Of a stretch of 64,000 nt of DNA, positions 11,894 to 25,221 are shown in pieces. The translations under genes were made by a program, and so were the position numbers. The notes beneath the pieces are model-generated. The model had not been told where the DNA came from and did not search any database. It saw nothing but the letters and a program-made list of their open reading frames with translations. This stretch comes from Mobula hypostoma (taxonomy: Eukaryota), in assembly GCF_963921235.1 (NCBI RefSeq), contig NC_086097.1, forward strand, positions 164,364,001 through 164,428,000, given 5' to 3'. The first letter of the stretch is position 1; each line of letters opens with the position of its first letter.

Positions 11894-14087
11894 CATTTTC
11901 ATTTTTAAAATCTTTTTTATTAATTATTATTAAAGATCAAGAAAAAAATACATTAAGGTAATCAAGTCAACATGTCAATACGTACAATGAAGAATTAAAT
12001 TACCAAATAACTGATTAACAAAGCTAAACAATATATCAATAATAAGAAGAAAAAATAAAGTGTTAAGAATATTTTTTAAAGAAAAAAAAAGAACCCCTAC
12101 TAACTAAAACAAAAAAACACTCTGCTAACAAAAAAAATGAAAAAAAACATCGGGAGCACAACCCCGGAGCTATACACCATACAAATTTCCATAAAAGAAA
12201 AACATTAATCCGCCAACTCAAATCCATTTAAACAAGAATCAGAAGGAAACCTTCTTAATTAACTCAAATCAGATGATAGTAACGGGCAAATAAACCCCAC
12301 CTTTTCTCAAAGTCAAATCGAGGATCAAAAGTTTGACTTCTGATTTTCTCCAAACTAAAACATAGCATCAAAGTGGGAGCAGAGGCATCTTTCTATTTGA
12401 ATAAAATAGACCTTCTGGCCAATAATGTAACAAATGCAATTACATGTTGGTCTGATATAGAAATACCATGAATATATTGAGGGATTATACCAAACAAAAC
12501 TGTCAATTTATTAGGTTGTAAATTAATTTTTAATGCTTTAGAAATTGTAGAGAAAATAGATTTCCAAAAATGTTTCAATACAGAACACGACCGAAACATA
12601 TGTGTCAATGTAGCTGTCTCGGTTTTACATCTATCACACTGACTATCAACATTAAGAAACATTAGACAGTCTCTCCTTTGTCAAATAGTAATGATGTACA
12701 ACTTTAAATTGATTTAAAGAGTGACTGGCACAGGTCGAAGAAGAGTTAACCAACTTCAAAATTTGCAACCAGTCCCCTGTTATCAAGGTCATGTTAAGCT
12801 CTCTTTCCCAATCTTGCTTAATCTTAAGTAAAGGGTAATTGTACTGTTGTAACAGTAAATTATAAATTTTCCCTATAAAACCTTTCACTAAAGGGTTCAT
12901 TTTTAAAATAATATCTAACAGGTCAGAATCCTGTACATATGGAAAATTACTTAAATATTCTTGTAAGAAATGTCTGACCTGAAGATATTGCAAGAAATGT
13001 GAGTACGAGAGAGAGTATTTAGCTACCAATTTCTCAAAAGACATCAATCGGCCTTCTTGGAACAGATCCATGAAGGAATAGACTCCTTTATTCCTCCAAA
13101 GAAGAAAGGTAGGATCACTTAATGAAGGTTTAACTAAATAATTTCGATAAATTAAACTAAGAAGTTTAAATCTTTTGAGATTAAAAAAATTATGAAACTG
13201 GTACCAAATTTGTAATGACTGCTTAATCATAGGATATAAATTTAGATTAGAAATTTTGGCCAGTTGTACAGGTAAAGAAGCTCCTAATAGCAAGGTTAAG
13301 TAAAACTGTTTCTCAGCTTTCAATTCCAAATCAGCACAGGGTGGTCATTCATTTTTATCAGCTCAATATAATCAAGAACACATATAACGTACATTAACAG
13401 CCCAATAGTACATTCTTAAATTAGGCAGGGCAAAACCGCCATCCTTTTTTAATATCTGTAAATGATATTTTCCAATTCTTGGTTTTTTATTATTCCAAAC
13501 GGAAGATGAAATAATAAAATCAACCAGATCAAAAAACTTCTTAGTTAAAAAAAAAGAATATTTTGAAATACATATAAAAATTTTGGTAAGATCATCATTT
13601 TAACTGCATGAATTCCGACGGCTAACGAAAGTGTAAGTGGATTCCATCTACAAAATAGTTGCTTCATAAAATCCACTAAAGGAACCAAATTAACTCTATA
13701 AAGGTCTCTGAGATTTTTTAGTGGTAATAATACCTAAATATTTAAAAGAGTCCGTAACTTTAAGAGGAATGTCATCATATAAAGAAGTAGAATCATCTAG
13801 TGGAAATAATTGACATTTATGAAGGTTTAGTTTATATCCCGAAAACTTTCCAAATTATTTAATAATTTCAATAAACTAGGAATGGATTCTTCAGGATTCA
13901 AAACATAAACTAAAAGGTCATCAGCATAAAGGGAGATCTTATGAATAGTCCCATTTATGGAAAATCCATGGATATCTTTAGCTTCACAAAGTGCAATGGC
14001 CAAGGGTTCCAACACCAAATTAAATAGCAAGGGACCTAACAGACATCCTTGTCTCATACAGAAGATCATTTTGAGAGTCGAAAATCA
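11894..14087 (-). mobile_element. 5'-truncated L1 LINE (ORF2 RT and C-terminus), frameshifted
   Basis: RQGCLLGPLLF and LYADDLL RT motifs, CDRC...H zinc knuckle and A-rich tail. Candidate 10-bp TSD ttgatcattt at 11884-11893 and 14088-14097. Confidence 0.9.
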
Positions 14088-14429
14088 TTGATCATTTTTG
14101 GTACCAGCCAATGTTTATCTCACTAGAAACAGCCCACAGAGCGGAGTCCTGCTTAATTCAATCTGAAACTTGACAAAGACCACTGCATGCTTTTCCAGAC
14201 CCTCTTGGCAAAGAAGATGGATGATGATCTCATTTTTTTATATCTGTTAAATTTTTGTTACATATTCTTGATGTGCATCTAATGGATGAAGCAAAGCAAG
14301 TTCAGCAGAAAATCAATATGAAGAGCTTTGATTATGTAGAGATAAAGATCCAGAGGTGTTTTATGTGCAGTTGAGAGGATCAGTGCATCAAGAGCACATA
14401 GCCCATGAAATAAAACCAAAGCCATGGAA

Positions 14430-15830
14430 GAACACTGCAGACCAATCAGCATCTATATCATCCAGTTCCAGAACCCTTCATCAGAACTGGAAAAAAAAGA
14501 GAAAGCAAGTTGATTTTAAATCACAGAGAAAGGGTGGGGGTGGGGGAGGTTAGAATGGAGGGACCAGAGTTACACAAGTGTTTCCGATGCCTGAGGAGAC
14601 ATTTGGTTGATAGATTAATGAAGAAAGTTAGACAAATAAAGGACACGATTCAGGTCAGAGCTTTTGCTGAACCTGAAAACACAAGGAGAATGTTAAGAAT
14701 GGCCAGCAGAGAAACAGGCTCTGAAGAGTTAATATAATAGACAGAAAGCTATAACAAGCAGAACCAGCCACTTCTGAGACAAGCATAGAGAATGAGTTAG
14801 TCAGATTTGTTGATTTCAATATTGTGTCCTGAGCATACTCAGACAGAAGATGATGGGTTTTTCCTGAGGCTTACATTAGGCATCATTGAAAGTAAGCTGG
14901 TGTGAGAGTGGAATAGAGAATTAAGATGACAGGCAACCTGAATCTTAGGATTGTCCCAATAGATTGAACAGAAGTGCCCTTCAACACTGTTACTTAATCT
15001 GTACTTGGTTTCTCCTGTGTAGAGGAGACTGCATTAAAAACATCTAATGCAATAAACTCGATTGGAAACAATGCAAGTAATCTCTGATTCACCTGGAAAA
15101 CCATTTATGATCCAGGAGAGTGAGAAAAGATGACCAAGTGAAACACATACTTGCCCTTGCCAGGAGGAGAGGGAGTGAGAGCAGAAGTTCAAGAAACAGT
15201 TGAGATGAAAGGTATCTGTCACACTATGGTAGAGGAGAAACCACTATCAAGGAAAAGAAAGATATCTCAGACATACCTGTAGAGAAAATTACATCATCAG
15301 AGCAAATACAGCACAGAATGAGGAAATGGGAGAATGGAATGAAATCTTTACAGGAAACAGAGTGGGGGAAATATAGTCAAGGTCGCTGTGAGCGTGGGGT
15401 TCTGAAAATATATTTGTTGGTAATCCATCCCGTGAGATGGACACACACAGATCCAGAAAAGAAAGGAAGAACCATTCAAAAGTGACAATACATGTAAATG
15501 GACAGGAAATAGTAAAGTTACACATGATTATAGAAATCCACACAAAATACAGTCATTGATGTAATGAAGAAAGAACTGACTGAGGGGGCCTGACTGGGAC
15601 TGAAAGAAAGACTGGGATACAGAATAGCTTGCACCCTTGCTAACTCTCATAGTTTTGATTTGGAGAAAGTGAGTGTAATTGAAGCTGAATTTGTTCAATG
15701 TGAGAACAAGTTTAACTCAGAGAATGGATTTGTTGATGGAGGGCAAACTTTAGCCATCTATTTAAGGAAGATGTAGAAGGCCATCAGACCTTTCTGGTAT
15801 GGAATTTGCGCGTAATTGTCCAGTTCTATT
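14430..15830 (-). mobile_element. Old Penelope-like element relic (RT and GIY-YIG)
   Basis: Minus-strand FLDLCVSI (RT) and FTCIVSNRVYCIRC...LLYTGET (GIY-YIG); hammerhead remnant near 14470-14490. Confidence 0.75.
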
Positions 15831-16579
15831 GCAAGATTATTCATCTTTATCATTTACACAGTCACTTCTTTTCACAGATACTAATACTGTATGCAGAGCA
15901 TTTCCAACATTTTCCACCTAGTTTCAGATTCCTCAAGTCCTGATATGTGATTTTATGTCCCTTAATTTGTGTATTCCCTCTCCATTTCACACCCTCCCTC
16001 TCCCCCTTACTCTGCCTCTCTCTCTCCCCCTCTAATCTATTAGCTAGATGACCCTGTGGCTCTGTAAATATCGAAATCACCTTGGCAATCCTGCGCTACC
16101 CCATCAAATGTATCCTGTTTATCCTAACCAGCCCTCCCCCACCTTGTTTTTTTTTATTTTCCTGGTGCTTATTAAGGATCTTCAAACCAAAGCAAACCTC
16201 TGTTTCTCTCTCCACGGATGCTGCCTAATCTGATGAGTTTACCTACTGTTTTCATTTTTCATTTCAGGTTTTCAGAATACATCATATTTAAATCACATTT
16301 TCAAACATTGTGTTATTTTCCTTTTCCTCCCCCAAAGCAATAGAATTTGGGAAACCTCCTACTCCCAGTAAAATACAAGGTTCCAGCAAGAGAGGTGAGC
16401 CAATTAAACCTGATGCTCATGAATACATTGATGTCAGATACACAAATGTACAAAAGTCACCCAGTGGATCCTTGTTCAATTGTCTCTGGTTTATAGAGTT
16501 CACCCAAGATCCTCAGAGGAAGGCAAAGTAAAGTTATTTATCAAAGATAGGTCATCTTGCATTGCCAGGGCAAAGGTGA

Positions 16580-17025
16580 GAGTAAACAATGTGGGAAAAT
16601 ATTTTATTCTTCCAAGTGTCTGACACATGAATTTGCAGTTGTTTGACCTTCCAATCAACTGTTCTCAACGAGATTCTGATTTACTTCATGTCTTTAAGAC
16701 CTGCAGGAAGATAATCTCTATGAAGTTCATGTGTCGTGTACGCATTCTTCCATCCTCTTTAGACAATAAATGCTTAACAAGCAGCTTCCTGTCATGAACA
16801 AATCAAATGGAATTATGACAGCAGTTTCCTGCCACGTTGCAGGCTGCAGATTCAGTCACGTCCTCTTATACCTTTCTTTTATCTCAGTGTGTCACACTTC
16901 CTCTCCCTTTCTTAAGCAAACATTATTATTTAACAGGAAGTTTTTTGGAATGCCAGTGTACTTACTTTCCAATCTGTCATCAAATCTGCTTTTCCTAAAT
17001 TAAAACTGCAGCACTTCCTGTGAGA
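16580..17025. promoter_or_regulatory. Candidate ETS/GATA/SOX enhancer
   Basis: Six GGAA ETS cores within about 320 bp of non-repetitive DNA, plus GATA, SOX and TEAD-like motifs. Motif evidence only. Confidence 0.35.
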
Positions 17026-17084
17026 TATGCTCATGTACTCTCAAGATTATTTCTAATCGTGCTGCAAAGTTTGCCTTTCCTTTG

Positions 17085-18545
17085 AACTGCATTGCCGTTT
17101 GAAGGTATCCTTGATTCTGGGGAGGCTAGCGTCCATGATGGAGCTGGTAGAGCTTACTGTAGCTTTTCCTGATCCTGTGCAGTGGCCTCTCCATACCCGA
17201 CAGTGATGCAACCAGTTTCCATTGCACACCCGTAGAGATTTGAAAGTTTTTGGTGACATACCAAGTCTCCTCAAATTCCTAATCCAGTATAGCCACTGTC
17301 ATGCCTTCTTTGTAATTGCATCAATATGGTGGAGCAAGGATCTTCACAGATGTTGACACCCAGTAACTTGAAGCTGCTCTCCCTTTCCACTGCTGATCCT
17401 TCGATGAGGACTGATATATGTTCCCATTGCTTCCCCTTCTTGAAGTGCCCAATCAATTCCTTGGTCTTACTGACTTTGAGTACAAGGTTGTTGTTACCAC
17501 ACAACTTAACCAGCTGATCTTTCTAGCTCCTGTACGCCTCCTTGTCACCATCTGAATTTCTGCCAACAATAGTTGTGTCATCAGCAAATCTATAGATAGT
17601 GTCTGATCTGTGCCTCGCCACACAGTCATGGGTGTAGCGAGAGTAGAGCAGTGGGCTAAGCATGCTTCCTTGAGGTGCGCCAGTTTGATTGTCAGAAAGG
17701 AGGAGGAGATGTTATTTCCGATCCGCACAGACAGTGGTTCTCTGGTGAGGAAGTCAAGGATCCAATTGCAGAGGGAGGTACAGAGGCCCAGGTTTTGGAG
17801 TTTGTTAAATAGAACTAAGTGTATGATTGTGTTGGATTGCTGAGCTGTAGTCAGTAAACTGCAGCCTGAGGTAGGTATTGTTATTGTCCAGGAGGTATAA
17901 GGCCAAGTGGAGAGCCAGTGAGATTGCATCTGCTGCAGAGCTATTGTGCTGATAGGCAATAACATCAGGTCCAGGTCCTCGTTTAGGCAGGGGATGATCC
18001 TGCCCATGACCAATCTCTCAAATCTCTCAGTAGATGTGAGTGCAAATGGGTGATAGTTGTTGACACAGCTCATCCTGCTCTCCTTGGGCACTAGTATGAT
18101 TTATGCCCTCTCGAAGCAGGTGGGAACTTTCGACTGCAGCAATGAGAGATTGAAATTGTCCTTGAACACACCCATCAGTTGGTCGGCACAGGTTTTCATT
18201 GCCTACCAGTTACACTATCAGGACCTAAGGCCTTGTGAGGTTTCACCTCCTTGAAAGATGTTTTGACATCAGCTTCCTGTACCTCATTCCTAATGTTAGC
18301 AGCAAGAGGAGAGGATGGCTGGATGCTGGGGTCCTTGATTATGGATGCTGCTTTTTTGTAGCAGCTCTCCTTGTAATGGTGGGGAGGGCTTTTCCTATGA
18401 TGGACTGGGCTGTATCCACTACTTTTTGTAGGTGTTTCCATACCAGGAAATGATGCAATCAGTCAGGATACGCTCCATTGCACATCTATAGAAGTTTGTC
18501 AAGGTTATAGATGACATGCTGAATCAGTGTAAACTTCTAAGAATG
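17085..18545 (-). mobile_element. Rex1/Babar LINE RT fragments (two abutting pieces)
   Basis: LGLCTSLCNWILDFLT and NNLVLKVSKTKELIGHFKKG motifs. Confidence 0.85.
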
Positions 18546-19539
18546 TAATATATCTCAATGGAATAGTCAGTATTTTCCAGGTAGATGAAGGTTGCCTGTG
18601 AATCAAAATGATACTCTGGTTATGGCTGTGTAAATCATATGCATACCCAGCTGAAGAGTGTAAAAGGGGCCAAAGTTAATTAATAACTTTATACACACCT
18701 ATTTAATCTAGTTTATTAAGATATCCATATGAGCTTGATCTGGCCTGACACCTTTTAATGAGTGGTGCGTAGCCCATCTGAAGCAGATTTGCATGTCTGG
18801 ACACTGGTTCCATGATCAAAATAAAAGAGCAGAGATTATTATCACGAAGATTAAAGACAAGATGGGAATTTAACTCGATTTAAAAAATCACCTAAGCATT
18901 AAAGGTTCTGCTATCTGCATCCATCAAAAACCTCAGCAGACAGCTGAAATAAAGAGCATGGCATTAGGTTGCAGAGAAATTTTTTTGAAGCAGTAATGAA
19001 TTTGATTAACTAGATGAAGGAGATAGTTTTTAGTCAGCAGTAAATAAAGCTGAAGTGAAATCCTCAGTGAATAAGTCTCAGTCCTTAAGATATGTTGAAC
19101 TCTAGTTCCTGCAGCTAGGTTTAGTCCATCTTTAACATGAGTTACATTAGTATTGTATACTTATTCAGTGAGTCTTAAAACAGCAAGTTTAGGGGGCACA
19201 AAGGTATGCAGGAGAATGGCATAGGGTGAATAAGTCAAGCCACAGCATCATTAATCGTGCACATATCAACTAGCAAAATATGGCCCATTCACTTTTATCA
19301 GGTCCCACTATAGATTCTTCCACCTATGCAGCTGCTATGATTATGGAATACTTCCTTCATCTGATGTAATTTTTTTTTTAATTGCTTCATTAAAATCACT
19401 GTGGAGGCAAGTTCAAGGGTTAAAAAGAGAAGTGAATCTTGAAAACTTCCTGAATAATTCATGCTACTCCAGTTTGATTCATATAAATGGATCTTATCAT
19501 TGCATTTCTCATTCAATCTGATTGATGAGTGAGGAATCA

Positions 19540-20900
19540 AACTGCAACATCTCCCAGCAAGTGCAAGGCAATGTTCCACATCTAAGTTGATAATGTACAT
19601 AATAAACAGCAAGGGAGACAGTACCAATTCCTATCATACACTACTGTTCGCAGGTTTCCAGTCACAAATGCAACCCTTCATCATCACTCTCTGCATCTAG
19701 TTACCAAGACAACTTTGGATCCAAATTGCCAACTTGCCCTGTGTCCCATTTTGCATATGGTGTTCCCAGTTGTGACCTCCTCTGCATCAGTGAAAAACAA
19801 TGCAGATTTGGGGATCACATCATCGAGTACTTTTGCTCTGTCCACTGTGAGAGCCAAGATCTCCTGGTAACCAAGCATTTCAATTCTACTTCCAAATCCC
19901 ACAATGAATTTCTGTCGACGGTCTCCTCTACAGCCAAATCTCTATTATCTGGATCCCATGGGCTCTCATCATTTGGACCAGTCTCTCACATAGGGCCTTG
20001 TCAAAAGCTTTACTAACGTCCATGATCCTAGATCAATCACACTGCCCTTACCAATACATTCTGTTAACTCTTCAAAAAATCATTCAAATTTATCAGACAT
20101 TTCTGCCTAACAAAGCCATGCTTTTTTAAATTAAAGTTTACAAGTGGATATTAATCCTGCCCCTCAGATTTTTTTCCCAATAACCCCACACCACTAACAC
20201 TAAATTGGCAAGTCTATAATTGTCTGGCTATTCCCTGCTGAACTGCATGAACAAAGGTTTTTTGGTGTCCAATCATGCAGTACCTCCCCTGTGGTTAACA
20301 TAAATTTAAAATTTTCTTTCACAGCTTCGGCAATCACCCCCTAAGAGCCTGGGTTACATCTTATCAGGCTCTGTGAACTTCTCCACATTTAAGCTTACTA
20401 AGACATTGAACACCTCCAACTTTTTAATAAGATGAATTTCAATAGTTTCAATAGTTCCATTTAATATCAGAATATGTGTACAATATAACTCCTGATATTA
20501 TTGTCCTTCCGAGACTTCCGCAAAAACAGAAGAGTGCCCCAAAGAATGAGTGACAGTTAAAATGTTAGAACCCCAAAGCCCCACCCTAACCTCCTGAATT
20601 CACTAACTACAATGACTTTTTCCTTGGTAAATACAGACCTTATGTACATTCTCTGGTTCCACTAACAGATTGACATTTTGGTCCTTAATGGGTCCCACCC
20701 TTTCTTCCTTGCCTTTAATATACTTATAACATGCGCTGAGGTTTTTCTTAATCATGTAACCAGTAATATTTCATGCACTTTCTTGGCACTCTTCTAACTA
20801 TCCCTCTACACTTTCTCTACACCTGAAAGCATTCATTCTGTTTGGCTTTATATTTACCAAATGTTTCCTTTTCTTTCTTTAACCAGCACTCAATATCCCT
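19540..20900 (-). mobile_element. Old CR1 LINE relic with an inserted PLE GIY-YIG fragment (about 19745-19935)
   Basis: VLSPLLFIMYIINLD (RT). The inserted piece resembles ...RFGDHIIEY...DLLVTKHFNS of PLEs. Confidence 0.6.
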
Positions 20901-21112
20901 TGAGCACCAACACATGCTGCAAAATGGCCTTTCCAGCTTTCAACTTCAAATGGTATTGAGAAGTTTATTAGAAGCTTTTTTAAAAACTTATACAAAGTTT
21001 AGTGAAACCAGTTAAGATCTGAATAAATATTTCTGGAGGGCAAGCCAAGAAAAGATTATCTGGAATTTTTGCACCAGAAATATCATCACCCTTTCTGTCA
21101 CCTCATGTATTA

Positions 21113-21690
21113 TTAAGGCATTGGTAAGGCCAAATTTGGAGTATTGTGTACAGTTCTGGTCACTGAATTATAGGAAAGATGTCAATAAAATTGAGAGAGT
21201 ACAGAGGAGATTTACTAGAATGTTACTTGGGTTCATCTCCTAAGTTGCAGAGAAAGGTTGAACAAGTTGGGTCTTTATTCTTCAGAGCGTAGAAGGTTGA
21301 GGGGGAACTTGATAGAGGTGTTTAAAATTATGAAGGGAATAGATAGAGTTGACGTGGATAGGCTTTTTCCATTGAGAGCGGGGGAGATTCAAACAAGAGG
21401 ACATAAGTTGAGAGTTAAAGGGCAAAAGTTTAGGGGTAACATCAAGGGGAACTTCTTTACTCAGAGAGTGGTAGCTGTGCGGAACGAGCTTCCAGCAGAA
21501 GTGGTTGAGGCAGGTTCGATGTTGTCATTTAAAGTTAAATCGGATAGATATATGGACAGGAAGGGAATGGAGGGCTATGGGCTGAGTGCAGGTCGGTGGG
21601 ACTAGGTGAGAGTAAGAGTTCAGCATGGACTAGAAGGGCCGAGATGGTCTGTTTCCATGCTGTATTTGTTATATGGTTATATGGTTATTA
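21113..21690 (+). mobile_element. CR1 LINE 3' end
   Basis: LEYCVQFWS...LERRRLRG.LIEVFKIMKG...TRGH..R...NFFTQRVV-type motifs; (atatggtt)n tail. Confidence 0.9.
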
Positions 21691-22644
21691 AACTTGTAAG
21701 CATTAAGAAATTTAAAATCAGTATTTACACATTTAGCTTTGAGTAATCATGAGAAGTTTAGATCTCAATTTTCATCAGTAAAGTATCGAAATTATGAAAC
21801 TTTCCCATTCAAATGGCATGTAGCCTTGGTTCTATTTCACATTCCTTTAAGATAGCAAACATTTGTTTAGTTTGAATACATTATTGGCGTCAGCCCAAAG
21901 CCATTATCTTGAAGTATATTTCAAGCACTTCAGTCAAGTTTATTGTCATATCCACAATTACAATGAGGTACAGGTACAATGAAAAACTTGCTTACAGCAG
22001 CATCATAGGCCGAGATTCAGACAACACACAGAACATAAAAATATACATAAATAAATCAGGATGACTGATCTGCAGAAGGAGACTGTTATCTGCAGGATTT
22101 TCCTATTAGGCTATCTTTTTGAAATGTTCAGAGGATTAATAACAAAAATAATCCCTTGTCTTAAACATACATAGATATGCTTGCATATGATAGGATTGGA
22201 CGTCAATGAAAAAGAAATAAAAACACATTGAATCACGGTGTGGAATGCACATTTCTGGCATTCCTCCACCCAGTCTCCATCTAAACAATGGAGACACAAG
22301 ATGGTGCAGCTTCCCACCGTCCTCCTTGTTAAAAATTATCCTTTCCAAAGTATGGTGCCATAAGTTACTCCTTCTTCTCTTTCTTTCCTCTGTCATTTCT
22401 TTCTTGATCTAAGTGGTCATGGGATGTGGAATGCCCTGGCAATGTCTCCACTTGTCATTTCCTAATGCTTACTGAACTCTGTAAGTCCACTGAAAGTTAC
22501 AGACACAGGACACTGCAGATGCTGAAATCTGGAGCAACAAACAAAATGCTTGAGGAACTCAGCGGAACAGGCAGCATCTGGAAAGAAAGAAATAGTCAAC
22601 ATTTTGGGCTGCACCCTTCTGCTGGATTTAATAAAGGATCCAGA

Positions 22645-24392
22645 TGTTGCAACGAGCGAATGAAGCAAACCCAAGTGCAGGACACAGGCACGGAGATTGA
22701 GAAGATCTTTCTAGATCTTTCTGTCTCTGTCTCTGGAGACAGCTTATCCACTGATGTCTACTATAAGCCTACTGACTCTCACAGCTATCTGGACTATTCC
22801 TCTTCTCACCCTGTCTCTTGCAAAAACGCCTCCCCTTCTCGCAATTCCTCCATCTCCACCGCATCTGCTCTCAGGATGAGGCTTTTCATTCTAGGACGAG
22901 GAAGATGTCTTCCTTTTTTAAAGAAAGGGGCTTCCCTTCCTCCACTCTCAACTCTGCTCTTAAACGCATCTCCCCCATTTCACGCACATCTGCTCTCACC
23001 TCATCCTCCCGCCACCCCACTAGGGATAGGGTTCCCCTGGCCCTCACCTACCACCCCACCAGCCTCCGGGTCCAACATATTATTCTCCGTAACTTCCGCC
23101 ACCTCCAACGGGATCCCACCACTAAGCACACCTTTCCCTCCCCTCCTCTCTCTGCATTCCGCAGGGATCACTCCCTACGCAACTCCCTTGTCCATTCGTC
23201 CCCCCAACCCCTCCCCACTGATCTCCCTCCTGGCACTTATCCGTGTAAGTGGAACAAGTGCTACACATGACCTTACACTTCCTCCCTTACCACCATTCAG
23301 GGCCCCAAACAGTCCTTCCAGGTGAGGCAACACTTCACCTGTGAGTCGGCTGGGGTGATATACTGCGTCCAGTGCTCCTGATGTGGCCTTTTATATATTG
23401 GCGAGAACCGACGCAGACTGGGAGACCGCTTTGCTGAACACCTACGCTCTGTCCGCCAGAGAAAGCAGGATCTCCCAGTGGCCACACATTTTAATTCCAC
23501 ATCCCATTCCCATTCTGACATGTCTATCCACGGCCTCCTCTACTGTAAAGATGAAGCCACACTCAGATTGGAGGAACAACACCTTATATTCCGTCTGGGT
23601 AGCCTCCAACCTGATGGCATGAACATTGACTTCTCTAACTTCCGCTAATGCCCCACCTCCCCCTCGTACCCCATCTGTTACTTATTTTTATACACACATT
23701 CTTTCTCTCACTCTCCTTTTTCTCCCTCTGTCCCTCTGAATATACCACTTGCCCATCCTCTGGGTCCCCCTCCCTTGTCTTTCTTCCCAGACCTCCTGTC
23801 CCATGATCCTCTCGTATCCCTTTTGCCTATCACCTGTCCAGCTCTTGGCTCCATCCCTCCCCCTCCTGTCTTCTCCTATCATTTTGGATCTCCCCCTCCC
23901 CCTCCCCCTCCAACTTTCAAATCCCTTACTCACTCTTCTGACGAAGGGTCTCGGCCTGAAACGTCGACTGCACCTCTTCCTAGAGATGATGCCTGGCCTG
24001 CTGCATTCACCAGCAACTTTGATGTGTGTGGCACGAAGATTGAGTTAGGATGCTTACTAGGATGTGAATGTTGAACAGCAAACAGGAGGGATCTGGACAC
24101 GGAGCCTTGACACGGAGAGACAGAGTTTAATAGGTAAACCTTGAAACTGGAGCAAGACTTAGAACACATGGTCCCAAGCGGCCGGGAAACATTAATTACC
24201 ACACAGGCAAAACCAACGATCTGGCGACTAGTGGTTGTAACGCCGGGGTTCTTATGCTGCAGGTCTTGATGGAAACCAGGTGTGCCGTCATCAAAGAGAA
24301 TAAGAAGCAAATGGGAAATTAATGGTCAGAACCGTGGCACAATCAAAGGAAGTTAGGAAAAAGATAGGGAATTAACGATCGGGACCATGACA
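22645..24392. mobile_element. Solo LTR (TG...CA) interrupted by a Penelope-like element
   Basis: tgttgc...atgaca termini flanked by the 5-bp direct repeat ccaga (22640-22644, 24393-24397). About 405 bp after removing the inner insert and one copy of its TSD. Confidence 0.75.
22702..24029 (+). mobile_element. 5'-truncated Penelope-like retroelement (RT end, Cys linker, GIY-YIG endonuclease, 3' hammerhead)
   Basis: FLDLSV...YYKPTDSHSYL (RT), PCKWNKCYT linker and FTCESAGVIYC...LLYIGE..RRLGDRFAEH...HF (GIY-YIG); stop at 23646-23648. CTGACGA...GAAACGTC core at 23938-23965. 15-bp TSD ggcacg(g/a)agattgag at 22687-22701 and 24030-24044. Confidence 0.93.
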
Positions 24393-25221
24393 CCAGATGA
24401 AGGGTTTCAACCTGAAAATTCTCTGTCCATTCTCTAGAATTTTCTGGAGTGCCACATATGTCTGATCCAGTGAGTTCCACCAGTATTTTATTTATTATTC
24501 ACTGAAAGTTATCTACTTTGTGGTGTCTGGAGACCTGCACAGGCCAGAGCAGGTAAAGATAGCCGGAGCAGTTTGGATTTGACTTTCAGATCCAACCTTC
24601 TGCCATCTTCCTCAAGAACAGTCAATGTTAAAATTCCATTTTCCCATGTTCAAAATTACATCCATTGCCATTATATCTCATCGTCCCTTGGAAAGTTTAT
24701 GAAAATTGTGTCACCTAACCCTGTTTTGAGTTATTTTGTGTTTTGCTCATGGAACTGCAAAAAAAACGCATTCTGGACTTGGCCACTATACACCAGAAGC
24801 ACTATAGCACAGAAACAAGCCTATCTCCTCCATGCCAGACTATAATTCTGCCTAGTCCCATTAACCTGCACATGGACCATAGCCCTCCATACCATCCCAT
24901 CCAAGGACATTAACAAACTTTGCTTAAATGTTGAAAATGAACTCACATCCACCAACCTGCAAATATCAGAGGCGACTGAACAGCTGCCATGTTGGGATTG
25001 CACTGGATTAGCTTTTGAAAGTTCCCTTACGATTTTTGACAGTGGCAGCTTTGGATTTTTGGAAAGCAGTAAAAATCTAAATTAATGTCATTGCAGACTA
25101 GGTAACTCTTGTACGTATAATACTGACAATCTCCACATTATAGCTGTTCAGATTACAGGAATTCATTCTGTGAAAATTATGCACGTGAAATTTATGTGAG
25201 GAAGAAGTAATTAAATTAACA

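Noticed and set aside
22426..23325. 299-aa ORF as a novel gene
   Set aside because: It is a chance read-through across an old PLE end, a solo LTR and a frameshifted PLE RT.
23268..23381. In-frame TGA codons in the PLE Cys motifs as selenocysteine
   Set aside because: The TGA at 23379-23381 corresponds to Arg (cgg) in the copy at about 25500, consistent with CpG decay. The TGA at 23268 is a single change in a dead copy, and no SECIS was recognised.
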